Source of the DNA: Laetmonice hystrix
Lineage: Eukaryota
Assembly (NCBI GenBank): GCA_965235115.1
Contig: OZ249444.1
Span: forward strand, 12,400,001 to 12,464,000
Direction: 5' to 3'
Length of the DNA stretch: 64,000 bases
Positions 35,254-48,189 of this stretch are shown here, one piece after another; the first letter of the stretch is position 1, and each line of letters opens with the position of its first letter. Both the position numbers and the translations under genes were made by a program. The notes under the pieces are model-generated. The model worked only from the letters and a program-made list of their open reading frames with translations. It was not told where the DNA came from and did not search any database.

Positions 35254-37520
35254 TTAGCCCCCAAACCCATGGGGTTTTGGGGGCTTATGATTCACCCTCT
35301 GTCCGTCCGTCCGTCCGTCCGTCCGTCCGTACGTCCGTCCGTCCGTCCGTCCGTCCGTGAACAGCGATATCTCAGAAACGTGCGGAACAATCATTTTCAT
35401 ATTTGAACACAAGATCAGGTACCATCCTGGCATGATGCACGTCAAAGGATTTTTTGATACGATCCAAGATGGCCGCCTGGCAGCCATATTGGTGAAATAC
35501 ACATTTACAGCGATATCTCTGTTAAAAGAATACCATTTTCATTCAAACTTGGCACAACGATAGGGGTTCATGGGACAAACATACACGACATTTTGTTTTC
35601 AGTTCGGATCCAATATGGCCGATCGGCAGCCATGTTTGTGTTGTTGGCAATGTCATTAGACTTTAGTGGCGTATAACTTGACAATGGGGCGAGGTGTGGG
35701 TAAAGTTACTATGGGGAGCGAATAGGAAGTCATATATGAGGAATCTTTTGACACCATTATATTTGACCTTGGGTTGACATTTCAAGGTCATTTGAGGTCA
35801 GGTGTTTATTAAGGATCACTATGTCAGAAATGGTGTTCTTCAAGTCCTTTAGTGCTACGATGCATTATGCAAAGAGAGGCTTATATTACAATTCACCAGG
35901 ATCAAGATTTTGAAGAGTGCATCCAAGATGGCCGCTCGACAGCCATATTGGCAAAATAGACATATACAGGCATATCTCTGTTAAAAGAATACCATTTTCA
36001 TTCAAACTTGGCACAACGATAGGGGTTCATGGGGCAAACATACACGTCATTTTGTTTTCAGTTCGGATCCAATATGGCCGATCGGCAGCCATGTTTGTGT
36101 TGTTGGCAATGTCATTAGACTTTAGTAGCGTATAACTTGACAATGGGGTGAGGTGTGGGTAAAGTTACTATGGGGAGCGAATAGGAAGTCATATATGAGG
36201 AATCTTTTGACACCATTATATTTGACCTTGGGTTGACATTTCAAGGTCATTTGAGGTCAGGTGTTTATTAAGGATCACTATGTCAGAAATGGTGTTCTTC
36301 AAGTCCTTTAGTGCTACAATGCATTATGCAAAGGGAGACTTATATTACAATTCACCATGATCAAGATTTTGAAGAGTGCGTCCAAGATGGCCGCTCGACA
36401 GCCATATTGGCAAAATAGACATATACAGGCATATCTCTGTTAAAAGAATACCATTTTCATTCAAACTTGGCACAACGATAGGGGTTTATGGGGCAAACAT
36501 ACACGTCATTTTTTTTAGTTTGGATCCAATATGGCCGATCGGCAGCCATGTTTGTGTTGTTGGCAATGTCATTAGACTTTAGTGGCGTATAACTTGACAA
36601 TGGGGTGAGGTGTGGGTAAAGTTACTATGGGGAGCGAATAGGAAGTCATATATGAGGAATCTTTTGACACCATTATATTTGACCTTGGGTTGACATTTCA
36701 AGGTCATTTGAGGTCAGGTGTTATTTATAGATTAGGAAGTCATATAATTATGAAGTTTCATTTGGCGCCATTTTCCATGACCGTGAGCGACCTTGAAAGG
36801 TCAATCAAGGTCATGCATTTTTTCAATAGCCTGGATCTTTAAAACAGTTGAGGATGCAGGTCAATGATATTTTTGACATCAGTCAAAATGGCCGTGTGGT
36901 GGCCATCTTGGATATAAACACATTTGAAGCAATACCTCAGACAAAACGATCCTGATGTCTTTAAAATTTGGTGGAAAGAAGGTGCATGAGGGGCAATGTG
37001 TGTGCCAATACATTGCCAGATCAGAGCAAATATGGCGACATGGCGGCCATATTAATATCCCCCCCCCCCCCAATAACACTGTTTTGGCTTATATCTCGAA
37101 AACGGTGCAATATAAGGCAATAGTTACTATTATTGACAGATAGGAAGTCATATATGAAGTTTGATTTGGCGCCATTTTCCATGACCTTGAGCGACCTTGA
37201 AAGGTCATGCATATTTTAATGGCCTGTACCTCCAAACCAGTTGAAGATAACAGCATCTAATCTTGCGTGAAACATTACATAATAACCAGGGACAGTCTAT
37301 AGGGAGGACACAGGTCAAACATATCATTAAAAATGGCTGCTTCGTGGCCATCTTGGATATAAAAAAAATTCGAAGCAATAACTCGGACATTTTCTGGATT
37401 TCGTTCTTGCTGACAGAAAGCATGAGGGGTAACAAGCGTGCCAAAAGTACACATAGTTCCTGGACCCACAGAAAATTTGTTCCTACTCAGTTGGGGGCTG
37501 TGACTCCGACGGGGTCTAGT
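35254..37520 (+). mobile_element. Full-length Helentron-associated non-autonomous element (HINE / DINE-1 / pearl-like), copy 1
   Basis: Inserted in a T-run. 5' subTIR AGCCCCCAA with a nearby inverted repeat hairpin, then a (GTCC)n microsatellite at 35301-35358 and about 3 tandem ~458-bp core units. The 3' end has subTIR TTGGGGGCT (37491), hairpin GACTCC-GAC-GGGGTC, then TAGTT. Confidence 0.85.
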
Positions 37521-39599
37521 TCTCATGCCATTCAAAGGATTTTCTCACAAAGGCAGTTCGTAGCTGATCAGAACTGATAAAAGAAAAGAGAGGAAGAAAG
37601 AAAAATATGGACCGGATTCATCAGCTTGGATTGTAAAGGTGACAGTGGCGAAGATACAAGGCAAAAACGTCCGGAAAGGTTTAATTCTGTGGAGCCTGAA
37701 GCATGAATGTGGAGGGAGAGAATGTTGAATCTACAACATCACAGACATTTCATCATGGGTTATTGTTTTAGTGATCAAAGTCCAATTAGGTTAGTAGGTT
37801 AAGACACTGTATACATAACTTTCATGTATGTCGCCAAGAATTGTTTTTATAATGAATACGCCTTAGTTAGGTCACGCAATCTGCCGAGAGGAAAGGCCTA
37901 GAATAGCGTGGATCAGTAGTTACTACTTACGTCTACTTTACGTCTACTGTAGACGTAAGGTTCACTTTGGGTCAAGGGACTTGCACTAATCGGAGGACGT
38001 TTGTAGTTGTCAAGAATAATCAGCTATTGCACAGGATTAAAAACGTCCACTTTGTGAGGCCTGGACTCGTATAAATCGATCCAGGCGTACAGAATGAATC
38101 TTTAAAACGCTGAATCTGTTGAACATGTTTCTGCCTGTTTGTGCGACAGTCATAGATTACAATGCTGAAAAGCTAAGTCAGTAAGTGATCCGGTGACTAT
38201 CTTGGCACCTTGAGACGACCAGCTTGTCCCACTCGGCAAGTCAGGATCCACGTCAGGATCGCCTTAAGGACGGTCACTGCCTGCCAGCCTGTCCTATTTA
38301 TAATCACAACCCACACTGACTATGACCCAATTTGTACAAATTGTGTCAGGACTCCTCCGGATAATTAAAGACAAACCATCCTGATGAGTGTCTGTGTGTG
38401 TTGGGCTTTAAGAAATGAATTCTGTCAATCATTGTTTGATTCTGAAACCGTTATCGGACATCGTTGGGAACTGATGCCTGCCCTTCCAAATTTGTATGGC
38501 GGGATCCCCATTCGACTATCTGCGATTCGGTGGCCAGGAAGGCTGATTGGCGTGTCCTTTGACTACAGTCGTTGGGTCTGTCAGTACTGATCCCATGTGT
38601 GGCCTTGAGAACTATAAATATGTGAAGCGTCCCTGAAAGGCTGTCAGTGGGCCACAATTAGGCCGGCTTGGAGCAGCAGCAGCAAGGCTGGAGAATTCGT
38701 GTGATTGGGCAAGTGTTGGAAGTGGACGATTCGGTGTAATAAATTGAATCAGGTTCTGATGAATGTGGGCGGCCGAGTTGGGACGTGGAGGCCAGGTTTT
38801 TCGCGGGGTGTGGCCGGTCCGGGGATGTGAAGCCAGCAACTGCAGGACCGCACTGATGCCGGTAACACGGTGATAAGCTATGGTGTGGTGGCTTCCACAG
38901 GGAAATGCTGGGTTGGATCACTTGGCGACTGGAACATTGATTCAGTGCTAAAGATTCCCAAAACATGAATAACAAGAGCCTGCGACTGGTTCGAGAATAT
39001 GGTCGCAAATCATTGTTTTGCCGATGATGAATAATTAAGCCACCATGTATTACTATAAATTCCAGGTTTTCGTAATATTTCCATGCCAAATTATGAATTA
39101 AAACCTGGTGACAGGGAGGTGCCGTGGGGAAGTACCTGCATTAGGACGTCCTATCAAAGTGCACTCTATGGTTCCATCTAGTGCACTGCCTACCGAGGGG
39201 CAGTCGGCAGAACCTTTGACATTTTTGTTCTGAGTGAGAAGAAGATTCCTGGTTGTGTCAGTTGGGACAGGTAATTGTTGCTGATTTAGTGGGTGGGTAG
39301 AGAGTGACTGGACGGATGGCAGGACCTGACCCAGGGGTTGCTAGCCCCTGGAGAGATGGCCTCTATTGATGGGGTCGGGTGTCTCCTCCAGCCCGGTACA
39401 ATCTGTTACTTTCCCACCGTTTCCAAACTCACCCACCCACCCCTTCCGCAGGGAGTTGTCGTCGGTATGAAGGACTTAGTTCTGGTAAGTTGTGCGGTAG
39501 CCGGAGATGCTGACTGTGGTTCTGAGCCGGCAAAAACGGGGACTTGGGTGGGTCAACCTGGCTTTGGTTGAATACTAATTGTTTTTTGGGGTTGATTGA

Positions 39600-39860
39600 T
39601 TGATTTGTTGATTGATTAGTGAGTCTAGAAAGTTCCGTTGCACTGTTCACACCCTTTGGATATCTCACTTGGAAATTCAATCGCTTCAAGATATAGAGCC
39701 TTCCAGGACAAGCCAAACAGCTTAAATACAGATTTTAGCAAGAGCTTAGGTTTTGAAAACCGGGGGACCAGATCCCCGTTGTACAGTTCACGATTGACAC
39801 CTGCCAATACAGATTACTTGTTAATACTGGAAGACCTGAAAGAAATCTAGCCATGAAAAC
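39600..39860 (-). mobile_element. Possible LINE 3' end with (ATCA)n tail
   Basis: (TGAT)n tract at 39596-39626, next to a weakly LINE-like minus frame. Confidence 0.25.
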
Positions 39861-39915
39861 AAGAAAATAGAGAAAGTTATGTTTTGTGTAACAAGGAGGG
39901 ATTCTTTGGTCCATG

Positions 39916-39929
39916 GTTTCCATGGTAAC
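39916..39929. promoter_or_regulatory. RFX X-box GTTTCCATGGTAAC
   Basis: Canonical X-box. Confidence 0.45.
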
Positions 39930-42532
39930 GTTTCATGCTTATTATGTTTGTGCGGTGTTTTACGTAAATAAGATAAGACCCAGCCCAGTGGAGTAATCAA
40001 GGTGGTGGTGGTGGTGGAAGTAGTTGGGGGGGGGGGGGGGGGGGGACATGGCGGCAGCTGGCCTGGGTACGATTATTGTCTGTTTCAAGAGTTTTCTTTG
40101 ACTCTTTATAAGAAGAGGTTGAGGGACAGAGTGTGGAGTGTCAACACGTTGAAGTCTAGTCTGTTCTAGCTCTGTTGAAGTAGATTCTCCGTGCACATAA
40201 AGGACTCTAAGTCACCATGTGATCCATGGGTGATTGGCATAAATTGTCAATCTTGTCATTATGATAAGTTTACTGATGAAAATGTAGAATTTCTCCGATC
40301 AAATGAAGCCATGAAATGAAGCGATTCCTGCACGTTAAACTGTAACTCAACCTTCGTGTCCTGGCTAGGTGATTGACAAATCGTGTTTTAGTTGTTGTCG
40401 GTAGGGGGCGCTGTCGGTAGGTGGTGTTTGATAACGCTGACGTCATAAAACGCCCGTCACGACGTTGTCTCATCCATTATATATGGGAGCACTGATAATA
40501 TTTGATATTACGTATGTGTCTGCCTGCGTTATTAACGCCCTTATTGTTGACTTCACAGAGGGAGGGGACTGATTATTGTATAATTCGATATCTCCTATAA
40601 TGCTGATGTTCTCTTTGTTTTCGGCAGCCGCTGGGTTAACGTTAAACAAAATGGTCTGATTCACAATTACGTCGCTGCCCTTTCAGTATCCAATAGCCGC
40701 CGTTATTTTGTCATTATGTATGTGCCGCGGCTTGAAGGCAGTTAGATGCTGTGTGGCTGGATGTAGGAACATGTTATTTGATAGTGGTTTCCAGCCGGTT
40801 CGAGGATGTTAGAAGCCGAGGCGAACTGATGCTCATTGCTGTTACAGAACAGACCTGGGTAGTTGCCGTGTTGTAGATTGGCTTAACGACGTAAAAGAAC
40901 CAGCCAGGGAGAATGGTCTACTCTACTACCTGGGACAGCTAACAACAGGGATATGATAGCAACCAGAGGGGATGCTGGCAGGCATCTAAGTGTGGCACCA
41001 TTAAGCGGATTACCGGAGTACCCCCAAGAGATAATCCGTATGGCAGGGATTAGCTGCTTGCGTTGGTGGTGTTTGCTAATCTCAGGCTAAGTGAGCGTGT
41101 GATTTGTTCGGAGATATGAGCGCGGGTTGAGTGGTTGCGTTGTTGGTAGAGTACCAGTCATTCCTACCTCTGGAAGTGGTTGCCGCTGCGGCTCCCTCCA
41201 ACCCCAGTCGGCGACTTGGACTTCCTCCTTGTCTGGTTTTTAAAGGGATACAAAGATACAGGCCCGTTTTTTGGGACCCCCCCAAGTTCAACTCCACAAC
41301 CTTAAGGTGAAATCCTCTAGGAAACCAGGATATAAAAACAATTTTGACGTTCAAAAATTGGGGGGAAACTCTATATTGTTAACAGATCTGTTAACATTTT
41401 CGAGTTGATAATTCAGAAATAATAACAGTCCTTACATGAGACCAAAATTAAAAGCATGTCCAATTGACCACCTGTTCCAGGAAAAACCAGTGGACGTTAT
41501 TAGAACTAGTCTGAGATATCAGCTTGAATATTTCACCAGATACATGTATTAAGAACATCGAGGTGTTTACATCTGTAAATTTTCAGAAGCTTGTCACATA
41601 GGGCAATATTTAACGTCACAGTTAGACAAGTTTTTTTTATGCCCACCCGATATATCAGCCAACGCTCAATCATAGCCGTCAGGTTTATGAATACATTTGC
41701 ATATCATAGGTCTGTACCAGATGGTAGCCACTCATGCTTGAGAGAAAAGAGGTAGTGTTTTATGCGATAGCATTGTTTTTATCATGGTAATGTCATAGGC
41801 ACCTAGAAACAGATTACTGTTCTCGGGACAGAATCTAAAGGCCCTGATTCATTCGCCGCTGGTCCATACATCAGATATCGGCCTTAGAATTAAATTTAGA
41901 ATTAGTATTTAGAAATGCGCAAAGCTACCTTTATTTGACTGAGGTCTAGGGTCGTAGATGGTGCACAGCAGAACCCGGAATCGAAACTGTGCAGGATCTT
42001 CCATTTTGTAACGCCATGTCTTTGAAAAAGTGTGGTCAAATTTTCGGAAACCTTTCTGAAGATTGCCGCTCAAATAAAGTGTACGTCTGCTTCCTCACAA
42101 GTATGACGTCCAGCGTCAATGTTAGCATTGCTGCCGTCAAATCACCATGGTGAAAATTGCCATGGTTACTGCACCACAGGAGGAGGAAGGCAAGGCATTT
42201 CTCTTTTGACATCATTATTGTTGGCAGGCCCACTGAAGGCGAAAGTGGAGATAGGGCGGGTTCTAGCAAGAGCAACTCTTCACCATGATCGTCCGTAATT
42301 ACTATGGAAACGTTCTTTAATTCATTCTGGCTATTTGAATTCGTAAAATTCTAATAACCTTCGTTGTGAGGGGAGGTATATGGTTGTAGGGAGTTCAGAC
42401 TGCAGGCATTCAAAAAATAATAGGTCCTGTAGTTGATTATGCCATAATAGTGATATTGTTTTGATGTAACTTGCAATAATGGTGTCCCAATACGTGATGT
42501 ATTTATATACATTGTAGATGTATTACATAATG

Positions 42533-42723
42533 GAATCACACCTGATTATGATGATATACACCCTTGAGCTGATATATCATAGAATCACACATGATTATGA
42601 TGATATACACCCTTGAGCTGATATATCATGGAATCACACATGATTATAATGATATACACCCTTGAGCTGATATATCATGGAATCACACATGACTATGATG
42701 ATATACACCCATGAGCTGATATT
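42533..42723. repeat. Four tandem copies of a 49-bp unit, ~200 bp upstream of CASK exon 2
   Basis: GAATCACA recurs every 49 bp from 42533. Confidence 0.95.
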
Positions 42724-42917
42724 CTCTGGAGGGAAGGTTCTTTCTGACCAAGTGCTTGCCTCTCAATTGACTTCATTTGGCTCCTCCGCCTTGTGATGGT
42801 TAAGGTAACTTCATGCCGGTGTTTTATTCGAACGCTTCTATTATTCGTGATCTGGACCCATAATTCCTGTTTTGCAATATGTGCTGATATTCATGCCTGT
42901 AATTGCTCGGTTTGCAG

Positions 42918-43030
42918 GGGGCCGTTCAGTATCGTACGGCGATGCATCCACAGGGAGACGGGGCAGCAGTTTGCTGTCAAAATCGTCGACGTTGCCAAGT
43001 TCACGTCCAGTCCTGGCTTAAGCACAGACG
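42918..43030 (+). CDS. CASK: CASK coding exon 2, (K)[37 protein letters not shown]
   Basis: Acceptor tttgcag| and donor G|gtaagc, 113 nt, in phase with exon 1. The peptide matches CASK CaMK-like domain subdomains I-II. Confidence 0.97.
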
Positions 43031-43463
43031 GTAAGCTCTTGTTTTACAGTTTAGAGGGTAGGCCGAGTGGGCAAATGTTGTCCCAGAACTGGGTGCCCTT
43101 CTCACGAGGCACCAGGTGGCAGATTGTCATCTTGTAGTTGTACCAGGTTATGGTGGCAGATTATCATCTTGCATCCATTCTTCAGCATTCAGAATGTAAA
43201 TCTCTGTGTCTGGTGGAGACGTTATCCTGTTTAGGATGATGACAAGAAATTGAGAATATAGGCATGTCGTCCACGCTGTCTTTTTCTGTCAACATTTTGA
43301 AGACATGGACGACAAGATAAACGAATAAATAATGTGCCAAGGTCAAAGGTACAAGAAGTCAACTGGTTGATTATAAAAATGTACCAGTGAATGCTGATAT
43401 CCTACCTGGAGTAGACTGAGGTACGGTTCAGAGCGTGCCGCCGATATCGATATCAAGAGTCAG

Positions 43464-43654
43464 TCGGAAATGTTGCTTACATGTGTCCGGTAGGAAGGAA
43501 CGACCGGTCGCTCATGGCACGTGAGTTTTGATGATACTGGGGAGGATTTTATTGACCACGTCGGAAATGTTGCTTACATGTGTCCGGTAGGAAGGAACGA
43601 CCGGTCGCTCATGGCACGTGAGTTTTGATGATACTGGGGAGGATTTTATTGACC
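43464..43654. repeat. Tandem duplication with 97-bp period
   Basis: TCGGAAATGTTGC... starts at 43464 and 43561. Confidence 0.95.
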
Positions 43655-44634
43655 GACCTTGTTGGACCCAGTGATGTGAGGACCACGTACAGGGGAGGGG
43701 GTGTGGCGGGTGAAGGGGGATGGTACGGACACCAGGGGATGATGTGCACTGGAGCATAGGCAGGACGGCGGAGGAGAACGAGGAGGTTTTTATCCAGGGA
43801 GCAGAAGAGGGAGCTATTCATTGACACCAGCCCTGCCCCCCCCCCCCCCGCCCACTCCCCAGGGTGACTGGGTGCATTGTCCACGGAGAGGCGGGCATAA
43901 CTTCGTGTCTTGGGTCTCATCTCGGCTAATCTGAATCAGTCCGCGACTCTGTGCAGACGCATGGGATTGCGACACGGGCGAGGCGCTCTGCAGCCTCCTG
44001 TAGACAGTCGTTACGATGTTCTGCCATCACTGGGCGTGCCATTCGGAATAGGTGGAAGGCGTTGGGGGAGCGAACGATGGGTGGGTGGGGGTAGGCGAGG
44101 TAGGAGGGGGCGGGTCTTTTGAGTAGGCGTTAGAGATCTGGGAACAACAAACGCTTCCCAATCGGTCTCTTTGGTAACGGTTGTGACCCTGAGCCAGTGG
44201 AAAGTCCTCCTCCCCCCTTTGATGGGAAATGGAACAGAACACGCCCCACAGGCTCATCGTATCTAATACACAGCAGCTTCCTTATATTGTAGTAATAGTA
44301 GTCGTACCATGCGAGTCGTAGACTTATCTGTGTTAATATCTCCACAGGGGTTGGCAGGACCACAGTGAAGTGTGTATTAGAGCATTGATCAGGGATCCAT
44401 GGGGATTCTATAGGGGTAAAGTCGAGTTCTAGTTTACAACAATCCCAGAGGCCTCGTACCCGAGTGCTGTGACTGTTATTCATACTGGGTTTTTTCTATT
44501 CATACTACATACCCAGCTTCGGTATGGAGGAACCTAAGTGAAGCAGCAGCAGCAGCCACAGTTTAATCTGCAAGAGTGGCTTAAGAACGACTTGTCAGGG
44601 TCTATGTCGTTGGGTCCGAGTATACAAACACAAA

Positions 44635-44717
44635 GGTACCATTTGTAGGTCGATAAGAATTATTTAGTTTCTAGGGTACCATTTGTGGGTCGATAAGAAT
44701 TATTTAGTTTCTAGGGT
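44635..44717. repeat. Tandem duplication of ~40 bp (GGTACCATTTGT.GGTCGATAAGAATTATTTAGTTTCTAG)
   Basis: Seen directly. Confidence 0.9.
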
Positions 44718-45924
44718 AGTACCTGGGTGTCATCAGTAAGAGTATGACTGAGCTGATCCTGGTGGGTGGGAGGGTTTGTCTACGTATCCACAGCGCTGCC
44801 TGAACACACTCGTGTCAACACGCCCCCAGGGGGCACCAGTGCTAATTACTGTCCACAGAATCTGTTGGATCAGCGAGGCTAGAGACTCATTGGTTGCGTG
44901 GGGTACATGACAAGGCGGATTGCATTTTATCCTGATACAATTGCCATGAGACCAGTCTGGCTGGAAGCAGAAGAACTATATACTTGGCCGGAGACTGACA
45001 ATGCCTTAACCCTCAGCTATTATATGAAATAATATTTGATAGATTAGACGCGCGTGTCTAGACCGAAGTTGTCTGAATTCAATACGATGGTTTATTGGCT
45101 TGCCGCATGCTGTCATGGTCAGAGGCCCCCAACAGAATACTGCAATGTGGGAGGGGGGGGGTAAAAGAAATATATATCCGAGATTATGAGAAGATATTGT
45201 GGGACTTGTGATGAATCATCGTGCCGACCCATGTGGACCACCTTGTTTGGCGCCCCCTTGTGGCGGGAATTGTGCCAACATGTATCCTCTCAGATGGCTC
45301 GCTTACAAAGCGTTCAAAGGCTCGAGTTCGATATGTACGGTTCAATGAGGAGTATCAGTATTTCCTATTCAAGGCACATGTGAAATGTGGTCCATAATAC
45401 AAACTTCTGTGAAATACGCAATTGCAGATATTCTGTCTTGAAATTAATGGATTTCTGTCTGATTTAAAACAGGTACGAATTAGACATGTTATAAGGGAAG
45501 GCCGGGGGTTCATTTTGATTAAGGATTAAGGATAGTGTTTTTTGATAACAGGAGGGTAGGGGGAGGGGCTGGATGTGAGTTGTGAGGCTGGTTGCCGGCA
45601 GCCGAAGATTTCCTCCTCTGTGCCGGTAATGGAAGCTTGATGCCTGCCTGGCTCTGACCTTGAGATCCCCAGATAATTCCGGCAGACAACACAAGAAAAC
45701 CCGTAACTGGTATGGACATCACAGAGATCCTGCACGGCAGTGAGACCGACACAGCCCTGGAGGCATGGACCCACCCACCCCACCCACCCCTTCCTACAGT
45801 GGGCCTGCAGCAGCCTTCCCCTACCGTCTTCGCCCACTGACGCAGAGACCGCCCCCAGCAGTGCTAATTGCCAATGTCCTTTTGTGTCTTCTCAGGTCGA
45901 ACCGTCTGAAGACCTACATAGAGG

Positions 45925-46937
45925 TTTCGTACCGTAATTATTTTGTTTAGGGTTGTCCACCACTTTTGTACCGTGCTTGGTATATTGCTTTTGGATTGTC
46001 AGTTGATGCTTGTTGAATGGTACGAAAAGAAAAGGGAATGGGGAGAGAAAGTTGATGACACAATTATTGTTGAGCTTAGAAAAGGAACATCCGTCTTTTA
46101 ATCAGTACTGTTTAGTTATATTGTCCTTGTTACAACACCGCAGGGACCGCATGCTCTTCCAACATGGCGGCCCACACTGACCGGCCTGGCCCACGCTCCA
46201 TACACTAACACATCGCACAATAGGGACCTTCCACACATTTTCCGGGAATACACGGATCCATACGTTAAACAAATTGACTGGTCCGGAGACTCTCACCAAC
46301 GCTTTACAAGTAGGATATTGTTCATGGTGCTGCCAAGGTGGCTGTCCTGGTGACCACGTGGTGGCCCCAGAGGGGAAAACTTACTGTATTATCTTTGACT
46401 GTTTGCACACATATTCCAGGCAATCCGGGTGAATTAAATGTCCAGAACAGTGATCCGTGAATACACATATCTTGCTGATGAATTTCTTGTTGGATACGGC
46501 GCAGCCATGTGGCCGGCACGGGGTTGACTTGGTCGCTTAGAGTAAACAGTATAGGTGTGTATGCTATGACGGCCAGCACGTAAGAGAGTGAGAGAGATGA
46601 GGGAGAGAGCCTCCAGGCAGGGGCTTGACCTATATCCGGTCACGTGGGGGGGGGGGGTACACGAGGTTTACTTTGACCATTAAGTTATACACAAATCCTA
46701 AATATTAAATAAGTGTGAGTAGTGACTATGTTTTAACAAGATGATGCACATGCTATATAATTAAAATAAAATAGTTATGGATTTAAAATAACTGAACTTA
46801 TGGTAATGGCTATGGCTACCATGGCTACCATGGGTGATGCTGACCGGCGCGCTCAGTGTGATGAGAGTGGCCGGTTCTCCCAACTGTTTTTAATTAGGCC
46901 GTGCTATATATACACACATAGAAAATTCCCTACCACA
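45925..46937 (-). repeat. 3' LTR
   Basis: Direct repeat of 49980-50990; minus-strand termini TGTGGTAG...GGTACGAAA. Confidence 0.92.
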
Positions 46938-48189
46938 GATGCCCATTACTTGGAGAAGTTTGCTCCGCTCAAACTTTTCTTTTTCTTGAAACAATTACTA
47001 CGACTGACGAGCTCAATAAAAAGAGCAACACGAAACAACGCAAAAACACACTCTACACAAACTACTGTCTCTTGCACCCATATCAAGAAACAAAATGTAA
47101 ACAACTTTTACCTGTAGGATGCACTATACCAAATACGACAGTACTGCATACAATTTACATGGTGTGAATCAAAATATCACCAATCATTAACGTTAACAAA
47201 AACAGTCCCGCAGCAGACTGGACTATGACGTAATTGCTAATCTGATAGTGTATCTTGTGAACACAAAGTTGTTTAACGGTGAAGGTGACTATGCCACCAG
47301 TAATCAATGACATGTATTAAAGTATCTTAACATCTAGAAGAGCACTCGGCTACAGTTCGTTTTGTTTGATCATTGCTTAAAACATCCATATGTGATCTAC
47401 AGTTCTTAACAGTTGGCTTTGAACACCGATCCGTGTTTGATAACATGTGGCACAAAAAGTCTTGGCATTAAAGTCAATATCAGCAATGTCCCTGATGATA
47501 ATATGCCATATCAAAGATAGTGTCCACTGTCATGGTGTAATGTTGAGAAATTAAACACATGGAGCACTGCATAAACTGTCCTTGTGCAGCCACTCCTGTT
47601 TAAAATGTTAAGACTGTATATTTCTCACCTACGTCATACCCTCGTGATATGAACCTGTCCTAGCGACAGTTTGAACCTGGTGCCAAAGTTTTTGCTTGAA
47701 GCTTGAGGTCCACTGAGATGGTCCGTGACCAGTTTTGGACCTGGTGCAGAATAAAGCAATACGGCTCCTGCGGTTGTCACTGACGTTGAGGATGTGATGA
47801 CTGATGTGACCAGGCTACATATATGCCGAGTCGATGATGACCACTTCAGGAATAGCAGGTCGAGTGCGCCAAGGTCTCCTGCAAGGTACACAAGCTACCC
47901 AAAGCGGCAAAACATATAGATAAACGTATGTGGTCTACTACTAAATTGTTAACTTTGTTTATATAACACTTTTGACCTAAGTGTTGCATTGTTGTTAACA
48001 CCGTGTTATATGTTGAGTTGTGATTTGTTTGTGTTTGTTTGGGAACCTAATAATACTACATGCTTATAAGGTATATATTTGTACATCCATTTTTCCCTGG
48101 TTACCTAATCTCCAGCATCCAACATAGTATGCTGATTCAACCTAACCCATGTCCTTTTTCACAAACAATATACTAGGACACCTGACTAA

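Noticed and set aside
35254-37577. Duplicated short ORFs (also at 58885-60840)
   Set aside because: They lie within the non-coding HINE copies and have no recognisable domain.
38384-39089. Overlapping 68-143 aa ORFs
   Set aside because: No recognisable motifs or splice-compatible structure; possibly an old transposon relic but unassignable.
46102-46643. ORFs repeated identically at 50157-50698
   Set aside because: They are chance frames within the two LTRs.
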